In this document: positions 1-9,346 of the stretch, in pieces
How the letters are laid out: every line of letters starts with the position of its first letter
Numbering within the stretch: position 1 is the first letter of the stretch
Origin: Candidatus Micrarchaeota archaeon
GTDB taxonomy: Archaea; Micrarchaeota; Micrarchaeia; Norongarragalinales; SBBD01
Reading direction: 5' to 3'
Length of the DNA: 64,000 nucleotides
NCBI GenBank assembly: GCA_016212475.1
Contig: JACRGC010000016.1
Span: forward strand, 9,824 to 73,823
The notes under the pieces: model-generated
Told to the model about the DNA's origin: nothing
Databases searched by the model: none
What the model saw: only the letters and a program-made list of their open reading frames with translations
Translations under genes and position numbers: made by a program

Positions 1-29
1 CATTTCTTCTTAGACTTCTTTTTTGCCAT
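1..29 (-). CDS. 5' end of a small basic protein running off the window edge (MAKKKSKKK...)
   Basis: ATG at 29 on the minus strand with a GGTGAA SD-like motif a few nt upstream; divergent from the ORF at 121. Confidence 0.4.
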
Positions 30-120
30 CCGTTTCACCCTTCTTCATCTGTGTTTTTTCATATATCTTCTTTTCGGTCAAAAATAAACAATTTTAAACA
101 TTAATGTTAAAATTTGATAC

Positions 121-756
121 ATGCCAAAATCAGTTGCAAGGAAAACCGCCCAATTCTTGGAGTCATCGCCCTACTTTTTGCGCGCAATAGATGGCGGGTT
201 TGCAAACATTTCCGAAATCGCAAGGAAAATTTCTATCGAGTTCAAAGAAAAGGGCCAGACGGCATCATTGGTTGCAATCCGGGCGGCTGTAAAAAGATTT
301 TCTGAAAACAGATCTGCAAATTTTTCACAAAACGAATCAAAAGTAAAACGGCTCCTTAAGGAAACAAAGCTTGAGCTATCTACTGGCATTTCCGTAATTG
401 TAATAAATCCAATGGCGTACGAAAATTTGAAAATCCGCCCCAAAAACGCAATTTCAATTGTAAAAAGCAGATCCGGAGTGACTGTTGTTTGCAGTGATGA
501 TTACCTTCCATTCATTGAATCAAAACTTCATCGACACGACATTTTAATTAAGAATAAAGATTTGGTTTCACTAAGTTTGATAACCCCTGAAAAAATAGAA
601 GATACTCCTGGAGTCGTAGCCTTCATTGCCGATAAAATGGCTGAAAATGGGATCAACCTGAAGGAATTCCTAAGCAGCTACAAAGATACCCTGCTAATCC
701 TTGAAAAAAAGGATTCGTTGAAGGCATACCAGCTGATGGAGCAGCTGATTTCCTAA
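121..756 (+). CDS. ACT-domain-containing protein (N-terminal HTH-like region, C-terminal ACT)
   Basis: C-terminal DTPGVVAFIADKMAENGINLKEFLSSYKDTLLIL is a typical ACT signature. Confidence 0.75.
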   Translation: MPKSVARKTAQFLESSPYFLRAIDGGFANISEIARKISIEFKEKGQTASLVAIRAAVKRFSENRSANFSQNESKVKRLLKETKLELSTGISVIVINPMAYENLKIRPKNAISIVKSRSGVTVVCSDDYLPFIESKLHRHDILIKNKDLVSLSLITPEKIEDTPGVVAFIADKMAENGINLKEFLSSYKDTLLILEKKDSLKAYQLMEQLIS

Positions 757-799
757 TTTAATTTCAACACAAATTAGAAGGGGTAGGGGCGACTACGAG

Positions 800-822
800 T
801 AGGGGAAACCTAGTTTCCCCTA
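800..822. terminator. Perfect 10-bp inverted repeat between the convergent ACT gene and SRP RNA; possible terminator or processing hairpin
   Basis: TAGGGGAAAC-CTA-GTTTCCCCTA seen directly; function inferred from position only. Confidence 0.4.
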
Positions 823-833
823 GAGGTGTCATG

Positions 834-1120
834 GTAGTGCAGCCCCTTAGAGCGGTTAAAGTCGAATCAAAACCGCTTCTGCAGTTGACCTCCACTATCT
901 CCTCCACGTTGTATCCTGCGAGCATGCGATTTTACGCTTATAGTTGCTCCTTCCGGCCTGGCTCTTTCGCACAAAATCACATAACGCAAGGCAACGCTTC
1001 GACGGAAACAATAAAGACTGCAAAAACGACCCTGACCCTTCCTTAGCCTTTCACTCGCCTCAAAGGGGTTGGCGATTATAGGGCACCCTTATCTCCCCGG
1101 CTATCTAAAAGGCTGCGTAC
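834..1120 (-). ncRNA. ffs: Archaeal signal recognition particle (7S) RNA
   Basis: Minus strand carries the helix-8 motif GCCAGGCCGGAAGGAGCAAC (943-962); 5' GCAGCC (1116-1111) pairs with 3' GGCTGC (844-839) as helix 1; ~285 nt; TTTAAA TATA-like box at 1141-1146; ends approximate. Confidence 0.88.
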
Positions 1121-1270
1121 ATTTTCTGGAAATACTCTGATTTAAAGGTATCCATCGGTTGGGTTGCGGATTTAACTGCTACTTATTACGTAGCCTCTTT
1201 CTTTCACTATCCATCTATCTTTTTTGTTCCAATGCCCTACTTTTTTAAACCGCTTTAGTGTATTCAATTC

Positions 1271-2713
1271 ATGTACTCCGCCCGCGTAGAAGTCGACTAC
1301 CCCTTCTCACATTACATAGTCGATGAAAAGCCGCTTTCAGCAGATCTAGAATACCTGATGAACGATTTTATAAAGCTACTAACCAAAAAAACCGCCCTCA
1401 AGGACTACGCAAGAATATACAAGCTCGATGAAAAGGAGCGCTATTTCAAGGAATTCCTGACAAATTTTGATGAGGAAAAAATTGGAAAGCCGCTGCCTTC
1501 GGAAGAAAAGCTCAAAATGAAAGAGCAGGTGCAGGTGCTTTACTCCCAAATCCTTGCAGATCCTTTATCGCAAAAAATCCTCTCCCAGCAAACGCTTTCG
1601 CAATTATTTGGAATAGCCGTTCTTGAGCCGCTTTTTGAAGATGATGAGCTTGAAGAAATCATGGTCAATGGCCCCGAGCATATCTACGTTTTCCACAGGA
1701 AGGTTGGGATGTGCCAAACCAATCTCAAATTCAAGAATGAAAAGCACATGCTTGAGCTTTTGGCGCAAGTTCTTCCGGACGATCGCAAAATCGCAGTTGA
1801 TTTGCGCCTTCCTGATGGGAGCAGGGCAAATGTGCTATTCCCTCCGGCAGTTGATAACACCTCGATTACAATTAGGAAATTCAAGCAGCAGCCCTTAACC
1901 GTAATCGATCTGATCAAAAACAACACGCTCTCGCTTGACATGACCGCTTTTCTTTGGGTTGTAATTGAAGGATTCAGAATGCATCCGATGAACATCCTAG
2001 TCATCGGAGAAACAGCCTCCGGAAAAACAACAACCCTCAACGCCCTAAGCAGCTTCATCCCCCCATCCGATAGGATAGTTTCAATGGAAGATACGCGGGA
2101 AATCAACCTCTACGGAATGGACAACTGGGTTGCAACCAAAACAACCGATACAATTGATCTTGAAGGGCTTGTCAAAAATTCCCTAAGGATGCGGCCAGAT
2201 AGGCTAATCATCGGCGAAGTTCGTGGCAATGAGGCTCACCCGCTCTTCACTGCAATGAATATTGGCCACCGTGGCTTAATGGCAACCCTGCACGCACAGG
2301 ACGCTCATGATTCAATCCAGCGCCTTAAAAATTACCCAATGAACGTCCCCCCCAACTTAATTCCCTTGGTTGATTTGGCAGTTGTCCAGCACCGCATTTA
2401 CACAAAAAAAGCAGGGGTTGTCCGAAGAGTTACAGAAATTGCAGAATTTGGCTGGCTTGACAATGTCGTCACGCAAAACGAAATTTTCCAATTCGACCTT
2501 GAAAGCCTAACTGCAGAGCGAACAACCCTTCCCTCCCAAACAATTGAAAAGCTTGGGCGGGCAATAGCCAAAACCTCAACTGAAATAAACAACGAAATCC
2601 AGCAGCGAAAAAAACTACTGAACTACCTGCTGGAAAACAAGGTCAACAAGATGGATGACATCAACTTGTTCATGCGCAAATACTACGGCGAAATCGAAAA
2701 TCAGGGGAAATAA
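1271..2713 (+). CDS. Type II/IV secretion system ATPase (CpaF/TadA/VirB11 family)
   Basis: LEEIMVNG, ITIRKF, Walker A GETASGKTT, EDTREI, LRMRPDRLIIGEVRG, TLHA motifs. Confidence 0.92.
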   Translation: MYSARVEVDYPFSHYIVDEKPLSADLEYLMNDFIKLLTKKTALKDYARIYKLDEKERYFKEFLTNFDEEKIGKPLPSEEKLKMKEQVQVLYSQILADPLSQKILSQQTLSQLFGIAVLEPLFEDDELEEIMVNGPEHIYVFHRKVGMCQTNLKFKNEKHMLELLAQVLPDDRKIAVDLRLPDGSRANVLFPPAVDNTSITIRKFKQQPLTVIDLIKNNTLSLDMTAFLWVVIEGFRMHPMNILVIGETASGKTTTLNALSSFIPPSDRIVSMEDTREINLYGMDNWVATKTTDTIDLEGLVKNSLRMRPDRLIIGEVRGNEAHPLFTAMNIGHRGLMATLHAQDAHDSIQRLKNYPMNVPPNLIPLVDLAVVQHRIYTKKAGVVRRVTEIAEFGWLDNVVTQNEIFQFDLESLTAERTTLPSQTIEKLGRAIAKTSTEINNEIQQRKKLLNYLLENKVNKMDDINLFMRKYYGEIENQGK

Positions 2714-2858
2714 GTTTTTCCAAATGTTTTCCGAATAATTAATAGCCACTAAAATCCATCCTCCCCTCAAATGCTTCTTCCTAATATGGCAAAGCCAAAT
2801 CACAACTCTTATATCCTGCAATCTGCATAAACATAGCTCCAAGCGGGGCAATCTAATT

Positions 2859-5489
2859 ATGATCACTTTTGCAACCAATGAAAACACAAGGGATGAAGTC
2901 CTAAATCTGCTAACCCCCTCAGTTGCATCCTGGTTTTCCAATTTCAAGGAAGTCACCCTTCCCCAAAGATACGGAGTCAAGCTGATTCACGAAGGCAAAA
3001 ACACATTGATTTCAGCCCCAACCGGCTCTGGAAAAACCCTAACCGCTTTTCTTAGCATCCTAAATGAGCTAGTTGGCCTCTCAGAAAAAGGCGAATTGGA
3101 AGAGCGCATCTATTGCATCTATGTTTCCCCACTTCGCGCCCTTGCAGCCGACATTGAAAAAAACCTCAACGGCCCCCTTTCCCAAATCGAGGAGATTTAC
3201 CAGAAAAAAACCGGCAAAACACATGGCATAAAAGTTGCAATGCGATCCGGTGATACCACCCAAGCAGAACGCGCTAAAATGGTAAAGCATCCTCCCCACA
3301 TTTTAATCACAACCCCCGAATCCCTAGCAATCATACTCTCCTCCCCCATTTTCATTGAAAATTTCAAGCAGATCAAATGGCTAATAACCGATGAAATCCA
3401 CGAGCTTGCATCAGGAAAGCGGGGGACCCATCTTTCGCTTACAATTGAGCGTTTGCAGGGGATCAATCCAACCCCATTTGTCCGAATCGGCCTATCTGCA
3501 ACAATTGCGCCTCTTGAAACAATTGCAGAATTCCTTGTAGGCTATGAAAACAACCTCCCAAGGGATTGCATAATTGTGAATGCGCAGTACGCCAAGGAAA
3601 TGAAGCTCGAATTGATTTCCCCCTCAGAGGATCTGATTTACACAACGCAAGATGAAATGCAAAAACGCACTTATAAAATTCTTGATGAACTGATTCAAAG
3701 CCATCGCACAACCCTCATTTTTACCAACACAAGGAGCGGAACCGAGCGGTTGGTCCACCACCTAAAAACACTTTTCCCAAAAAACTATTTGGATAACATT
3801 GAAGCGCACCATTCCTCCCTTTCAAGGGAAGAGCGAAGGGATGTTGAAAACAAATTGAAAAAAGGAGAGCTTAAAGTTGTTGTCAGCTCTACTTCGCTTG
3901 AATTGGGGATCGATATTGGCTTTGTTGATTTGGTTGTTCAAATCGGCTCCCCAAAAAGCGTTTCAAGGGCGCTCCAGCGCACAGGAAGGTCGGGCCATGA
4001 CATCTACAAAATTTCCGAAAGCAAGATGATTGCAACCGATAGGGACGATCTTGTGGAAGTTGGCGTAATGCTCCAAGAAGCCTACAAGGGGCATGTTGAC
4101 AAAGTCCAAATCCCCCAAAACTGCCTAGATGTCCTAGCCCAGCATGTTGTTGGGATGGCAATACAGCAGCAGTGGAAATTTGATGACGCCCTAAAAGTAA
4201 TCCGCCAAAGCTACTGCTACCGCAATCTAACCGATAAGCAATTCAAAAGCGTCCTAATGTATTTATCCGGCTCATTTTCCTCGCTTGAAAAATTCCGCGT
4301 GTATGGCAAAATCTGGTATGATGATCAAAAGCAAGAGTTTGGCAAAAGAGGAAAAATGCTGCGCGTTCTTTACGCAACAAACATTGGCACGATTCCAGAT
4401 GAAGTTTCCGTTTCAGTTAGGCTCCTTCCCCTAAGCAAGCACATCGGCAACATAGAGGAGGAATTTTTGGAGCGTTTGCGCAAGGGCGATAGGTTCGTGC
4501 TTGGCGGCAACATCTACTCCTACGAATATGCCAAAGGGATGAACGCATACGTTTCAATTGCAAGTGGCCAAAAACCCACTATTCCGCAATGGTTTTCGGA
4601 AATGCTTCCCCTAAGTTTTGATCTTTCGGTTGCAATCAGCAAATACCGCGGCGATCTATCCACATTAATGAAAAACAAGAGCAAGCCCGAAGTTCTCGAT
4701 TTCATAAGGAAAAACTCCCATTGCAATGATTTGGCAGCAACCGCAATCTACAACTATTTTTCCGACCAGATGGCCTTCCTTTTGCTCCTTAGGTGCCATG
4801 TTTTCCATTCCGACAAGCAGTTGGTAATTGAGGAATTCCTCTCGGAAGGGAAGAGACATTTCATTTTTCATTCGCTTTTTGGAAGGCGGGTAAATGATGT
4901 GCTTGCAAAAGTTCTAGCTGCCAGAATTTCCCACAAAATCAACCGAAACGTAGTAATTTCATTTAACGACAATGGCTTTGTCCTAACTATGAGCCGCGCT
5001 GTGAACGTTGAAATCAAAAAAGAGCTATTCATGATCACTAATCTGGATTTGGAGGATCAGGCGCGGGAGGCAATAAAGCAAACCGAAACCCTCAAGCGCA
5101 AATTCAGGAATGTTGCGGTCAGGTCTCTTATGATTTTGAAAAATTACATGGGCAAAAAAAGGTCGGTTGGCAGGCAGCACATGGGCGCGCACGTTATGCT
5201 TGGGATTTCAAGCAGATTGGCGGATTTTCCCGTCATTCAAGAAACCTTCAGGGAAATTTTGGAAGATTACATGGACCTTAAGAATGCAAAGCTAATACAA
5301 AAACAGCTAAAGGATGGGGATCTGACCGTCACGGCGCTTCCTCCCTATGATTTGCCCTCGCCCTTTGCGCAGCTATTGATCACTCAGGGAATTTCGGATG
5401 TTGTTTTGGTGGCTGATAGGAAGGCAATTTTGGAGCAGCTCCACACGCTTGTGCTAAAAAGGATTGGGAAGATTAAGGAAAACGCGTAA
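2859..5489 (+). CDS. lhr: Lhr-family ATP-dependent SF2 helicase
   Basis: APTGSGKT, ILITTPESL, DEIH, GLSAT, HHSSLS, SLELGIDIG, QRTGRSGH; Lhr-core length. Confidence 0.92.
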   Translation: MITFATNENTRDEVLNLLTPSVASWFSNFKEVTLPQRYGVKLIHEGKNTLISAPTGSGKTLTAFLSILNELVGLSEKGELEERIYCIYVSPLRALAADIEKNLNGPLSQIEEIYQKKTGKTHGIKVAMRSGDTTQAERAKMVKHPPHILITTPESLAIILSSPIFIENFKQIKWLITDEIHELASGKRGTHLSLTIERLQGINPTPFVRIGLSATIAPLETIAEFLVGYENNLPRDCIIVNAQYAKEMKLELISPSEDLIYTTQDEMQKRTYKILDELIQSHRTTLIFTNTRSGTERLVHHLKTLFPKNYLDNIEAHHSSLSREERRDVENKLKKGELKVVVSSTSLELGIDIGFVDLVVQIGSPKSVSRALQRTGRSGHDIYKISESKMIATDRDDLVEVGVMLQEAYKGHVDKVQIPQNCLDVLAQHVVGMAIQQQWKFDDALKVIRQSYCYRNLTDKQFKSVLMYLSGSFSSLEKFRVYGKIWYDDQKQEFGKRGKMLRVLYATNIGTIPDEVSVSVRLLPLSKHIGNIEEEFLERLRKGDRFVLGGNIYSYEYAKGMNAYVSIASGQKPTIPQWFSEMLPLSFDLSVAISKYRGDLSTLMKNKSKPEVLDFIRKNSHCNDLAATAIYNYFSDQMAFLLLLRCHVFHSDKQLVIEEFLSEGKRHFIFHSLFGRRVNDVLAKVLAARISHKINRNVVISFNDNGFVLTMSRAVNVEIKKELFMITNLDLEDQAREAIKQTETLKRKFRNVAVRSLMILKNYMGKKRSVGRQHMGAHVMLGISSRLADFPVIQETFREILEDYMDLKNAKLIQKQLKDGDLTVTALPPYDLPSPFAQLLITQGISDVVLVADRKAILEQLHTLVLKRIGKIKENA

Positions 5490-5544
5490 AAAAACAAACC
5501 TAGCGACTTAACCACTTAATTAATTTGCATTGATTTGTTATTGC

Positions 5545-6315
5545 ATGATGAAACATTTTAAATCAATATTTAGAAAATCCCCAAAGGATTCCAAAATACG
5601 CGTTCTCAAGGAGGGCGGTGTCTATTTTGAATCCCTAAAATTGCTTGCAATTTCCGATCTCCAGCTGGGTCACGAGGCAGTTTTGCACAACCGCGGGATT
5701 TCCGTTCCAATGGAGCAGTTCCCAATCATCATCGAGCGGTTGGAATCCATGCTTAAAGAAACTTCTGCAACCAGGGTTTTGATCAACGGCGATTTAAAGC
5801 ACGAATTTTCAAAGGCAGCTCAGCAGGAATGGGATGAGGTTTTGAAGCTGCTTGACTTTTTCAAATCAAAAAAAGTAGAATTGATTTTAGTCCGAGGAAA
5901 TCATGATAATTACATTGAAAAGATTTTGAAAAACCACCATCTAAAACTCAACGATTATTATTGCGAGGATGGGTTCTTGTTCGTCCATGGCCACAAATCC
6001 CTCAAGGAATACATTGGCATTCCCGAATTCAAAACTCTTGTAATTGGGCATGTGCATCCGGCTGTTTCCATCAAGGATGATGTTGAAATCCCCCACAAAT
6101 ACCACTGCCTTCTTAAAGGCGAATTCCACGGAAAAGAGCTTTTGGTTTTGCCCTCGATTTCCCCGCTAGCTTCCGGCACCGACATGGTTTCCCAAAACTA
6201 CAGCCATGACACACTTTCCCCAATCCTTAATGAATGCGACCTTCCCGACTTCATTCCGGTTGTAATTGACGAGAAAGGCGGAGTCAAGGAATTCCCGAAA
6301 ATCAGGTACCTGTGA
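5545..6315 (+). CDS. Metallophosphoesterase (Lhr-associated, calcineurin-like)
   Basis: SDLQLG, INGDLKH, RGNHD, VHGH, GHVHP motifs; Lhr+MPE adjacency is a known gene cluster. Confidence 0.85.
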   Translation: MMKHFKSIFRKSPKDSKIRVLKEGGVYFESLKLLAISDLQLGHEAVLHNRGISVPMEQFPIIIERLESMLKETSATRVLINGDLKHEFSKAAQQEWDEVLKLLDFFKSKKVELILVRGNHDNYIEKILKNHHLKLNDYYCEDGFLFVHGHKSLKEYIGIPEFKTLVIGHVHPAVSIKDDVEIPHKYHCLLKGEFHGKELLVLPSISPLASGTDMVSQNYSHDTLSPILNECDLPDFIPVVIDEKGGVKEFPKIRYL

Positions 6316-6324
6316 TTTCTATTT

Positions 6325-7050
6325 TCAAGTTGCTTTTCTTTCCTTTAGGATTTTAAACTCGTTTTCAATGAATTCGACAAAATGCTTTGGAATTTCCACT
6401 TGTTCGCCCACTTTTCGAAGGTATCTCAATACAATATCTGGTTTTCTTAGGAACCTTTCGATTTGATTATTATGGAGAAGTCCAGAAACCAGAACCGCTT
6501 CCTTGTTGTTTATTCGTTGTGCATGGAGGAGTTGCGCTGCCATGTATGCGGATCTAAAATTGATAATATATCCTATAGAAGTTTTCGAAAACCCAAGCTT
6601 AGATTTTAAGTCTTTTTGCGCTTCCTTTTTTAGTATTGCTTCAGTTTTCTTGGAAAAAGGGAAAAAAACCGGTTCAGTTCTTCTAAAGTATCTTTTTGTT
6701 GAAAAATATGGTGAGAGAATAATTTGTTTGGCTAAATGCGAATATATTTTTGATATTTTAATTTCCTTAATTGCGGGATTATGTTTATGAATTTCAGATT
6801 CGATTGGCAAGGCTATGTTCCTAAACTCTTTTGGTACCATGTTTTGAGTGGATGGGCCTTCGGTTAATATCGCGCCATTTCTTGCATTTATTTCGCCAAG
6901 GTAATTTTTCAAAAATTTATCCGTGCTACGTGGCATAGGTGCCATCAAATCCCCATGGGTCATTCCAACCAAGTGGATTGGCAGATCATGAATTGGCTTA
7001 ACCACAACAATATTTTTAAGTGCTTTTTTTACTTCAGGATTTTGTGCCAT
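6325..7050 (-). CDS. Basic hypothetical protein with TraB/Tiki-like motif spacing
   Basis: LVGMTH...LTEG...RSAYMA...VLVSGLLH resembles TraB/PrgY/GumN metal-binding motifs. Confidence 0.45.
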   Translation of the reverse strand: MAQNPEVKKALKNIVVVKPIHDLPIHLVGMTHGDLMAPMPRSTDKFLKNYLGEINARNGAILTEGPSTQNMVPKEFRNIALPIESEIHKHNPAIKEIKISKIYSHLAKQIILSPYFSTKRYFRRTEPVFFPFSKKTEAILKKEAQKDLKSKLGFSKTSIGYIINFRSAYMAAQLLHAQRINNKEAVLVSGLLHNNQIERFLRKPDIVLRYLRKVGEQVEIPKHFVEFIENEFKILKERKAT

Positions 7051-7072
7051 TTAGATTCCTCAAGGTTCAATA

Positions 7073-7204
7073 AGCCCCCGGCGAGGATTGCACTCGCGAC
7101 CTTCTGCTCGCCTTGCCCCTTTCTTTCCAAAAGAAAGGTGCGATGGCACCGCGCCAAAGAAAAGGACGTACAAGGCAGACGCTCTGCTGCTGAGCTACAG
7201 AGGC
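7073..7204 (-). tRNA. tRNA-Thr(UGU) with a 60-nt intron at canonical position 37/38 (intron 7109-7168); CCA not encoded
   Basis: Acceptor GCCTCTG/CGGGGGC, D arm GCTC/GAGC, anticodon stem TCTGC/GCAGA, loop CT-TGT-A|A, T arm GCGAG/CTCGC; TTTTAAA box upstream (~7231-7237). Confidence 0.92.
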
Positions 7205-7334
7205 ATAGGCTACTATTTGGCAATCAAAGGTTTAAAACGATATTCCAAAAAGCAATTCATATGGCTCCTATCGTTTTTGCCCCGATTTTTTCCCAAGGAT
7301 AACTTAATATTCCAATAAAGCATTTTGTTGCAAT

Positions 7335-7898
7335 ATGACAATGTTTTTGCTCTTTGGATTTGAAATAATCGGGGTTGGCTTGGCAATCCTTTTCCTATTC
7401 GTGATTTTGTCCTACAATTCAATTATTTCAAAAAGGAACCAAATCAGCAACGCATTTGCCGGTATTGATACAATTCTCAAGAAAAGGTTTGACTTGATCC
7501 CAAATCTGGTTGAAACCGTCAAGGGATATGCAAAGCACGAGCAGTCCGTATTTGAAAATGTCACAAAGGCAAGGGCTGCAATGCTCGGCGCTGGAACTAT
7601 TTCAGATAAGGTCAAAGCGGATGATATGCTAAGCGGGGCGCTCAAATCCTTATTTGCAGTTGCTGAAAATTATCCCGAACTCAAGGCGAATGAGAATTTC
7701 CTGCATTTGCAACGAACGCTAGCTGAAATAGAAGAGCAAATCTCAGCTGCGAGAAGGTTCCACAATTCATCCGTGTTGGAATACAATAATGCGATCCAAA
7801 CATTCCCCGGAAACTTGTTTGCAACGCTTTTTGGATTCAAATCCGAGGTATTTTTCCAAATCACAAATTCGGAAAGGGAAGTTCCTAAGACATTCTAA
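7335..7898 (+). CDS. lemA: LemA family protein
   Basis: N-terminal TM then YN..., KRFDLIPNLVETVKGYAKHE, AVAENYPELKANENF. Confidence 0.95.
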   Translation: MTMFLLFGFEIIGVGLAILFLFVILSYNSIISKRNQISNAFAGIDTILKKRFDLIPNLVETVKGYAKHEQSVFENVTKARAAMLGAGTISDKVKADDMLSGALKSLFAVAENYPELKANENFLHLQRTLAEIEEQISAARRFHNSSVLEYNNAIQTFPGNLFATLFGFKSEVFFQITNSEREVPKTF

Positions 7899-7908
7899 GG
7901 CAATTTAA

Positions 7909-8844
7909 ATGAACGATGCAAAATTCGAGGAAATAATTTCCAGGATGCAAGGGGATTTAATTCTACTTGAGGATGAGCGAAAAAAGGTCAAAAACAAATT
8001 AATAGTACTAATTTGCGCAATTCTTCTGATTTTCATTTTTATTTTGCTTACGATCAACTTTGATTTGATCCTATTCGCAGGAATTATCGGATTTGGCGCT
8101 TATGCAATTGGCTCGGGCATGATAAAGGGAAAATACGTTTCGGCTTTTAAAAGAAACGTCATAGCCAAAATAATTGCCAGCTATAACCCTTTATTTGAAT
8201 ACCTGCCAACAAGCGGGATTGGCGCAGCAGAATTCAATTCCAGCAAAATATTCCAAACAATACCTAATATTTACAGCTCCGAAGATATGATCAAGGGAAC
8301 TGCCGGCAAAACAAAAATGGTTTTTTCCGAAATCGATGCCAAAAAGGAAACCGGATCTGGCAAGCATAGGAAAGTAACCCCTATATTCCACGGTTTATTT
8401 TTCATAGCGGATTTCAACAAGAATTTCAAAACCCCAACTTTTGTTTTTCCCGACTCCGGAAGCTCATTTTTTGGAAATTTGATTTCAGATTTTTTGCAGG
8501 CAACAAACATTGCAAAATCACAATTGGTCAAATTGGAAGATCCCGAATTTGAAAAATATTTTACCGTCTATTGCGCGGACCAAATTGAAGCAAGATACAT
8601 CCTCTCCCCAAGCCTTATGCAAAGAATTGTCGAATTTCGCAAAAAAGTGGGAAAAGAGGTTTTGATTTCATTCATCAACAGCGACATTAACATTGCAATC
8701 CGCATGAATGAAAATTACTTCGAGCCAACAATCTGGTCTCCCCTTGACAAAAACCAAATCAAGCAATATTTCGACCAATTGGAATTGGTTTTTGGGATTG
8801 TGGAGGATTTGGATCTGAACGAGAGGATTTGGGCTAAGAAATGA
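7909..8844 (+). CDS. DUF3137-like membrane protein (LemA-associated)
   Basis: Two TM helices; FHGLFFIADFNKNF, VKLEDPEFEKYFTVY..DQIEARYILSP. Confidence 0.85.
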   Translation: MNDAKFEEIISRMQGDLILLEDERKKVKNKLIVLICAILLIFIFILLTINFDLILFAGIIGFGAYAIGSGMIKGKYVSAFKRNVIAKIIASYNPLFEYLPTSGIGAAEFNSSKIFQTIPNIYSSEDMIKGTAGKTKMVFSEIDAKKETGSGKHRKVTPIFHGLFFIADFNKNFKTPTFVFPDSGSSFFGNLISDFLQATNIAKSQLVKLEDPEFEKYFTVYCADQIEARYILSPSLMQRIVEFRKKVGKEVLISFINSDINIAIRMNENYFEPTIWSPLDKNQIKQYFDQLELVFGIVEDLDLNERIWAKK

Positions 8845-8927
8845 TTCCAAAGGCTGTTTTCAAGTTCCACGCTAGGTATTAAAAACTCCAAATTTCAAGG
8901 TTATTTACAGTTTTTGTGGGTGAAAAA

Positions 8928-9263
8928 ATGGAAAAAAAAGCAATCAGCATGACATTGATCTTACTTGGGGTTTTATTCATAATGCTAGCTGCCAGCCAAG
9001 TGAACCAGATGATCATCAGCAACGCGCAATCCGAGCTTGCAAGGCCAATTGCAGAAGGGCAAATAGCCGCCTCAGAAGAACTGGCAAAAAGCTACGGACA
9101 AACTGACGCCCAAATTGCAGCAACTTCAAAGGAAGCAAGGGCGCTTTTGGACAAATCAATTTCAACCATGGGCAATTCCTACATGTTTACCGCCTTGATG
9201 GATGGCATAATCGGCTTGCTATTGCTGATCGCAGGCTTATTCACATTCCCAAAGCAGCATTAG
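8928..9263 (+). CDS. Small two-TM hypothetical membrane protein
   Basis: Hydrophobic N- and C-terminal helices; GGTGA SD before ATG. Confidence 0.7.
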   Translation: MEKKAISMTLILLGVLFIMLAASQVNQMIISNAQSELARPIAEGQIAASEELAKSYGQTDAQIAATSKEARALLDKSISTMGNSYMFTALMDGIIGLLLLIAGLFTFPKQH

Positions 9264-9346
9264 TGTTTTTGCAATCTGGCATTAGGGCTTTTTCAAAGCA
9301 AAATTAGGGCTATTTTTTTACCATTTTTTTATAATTTGTGATAATT

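Noticed and set aside
831..1046. 71-aa ORF
   Set aside because: Antisense to the SRP RNA; no protein features.
6955..7422. Several short ORFs over the tRNA region
   Set aside because: Explained by the intron-containing tRNA-Thr and its promoter.
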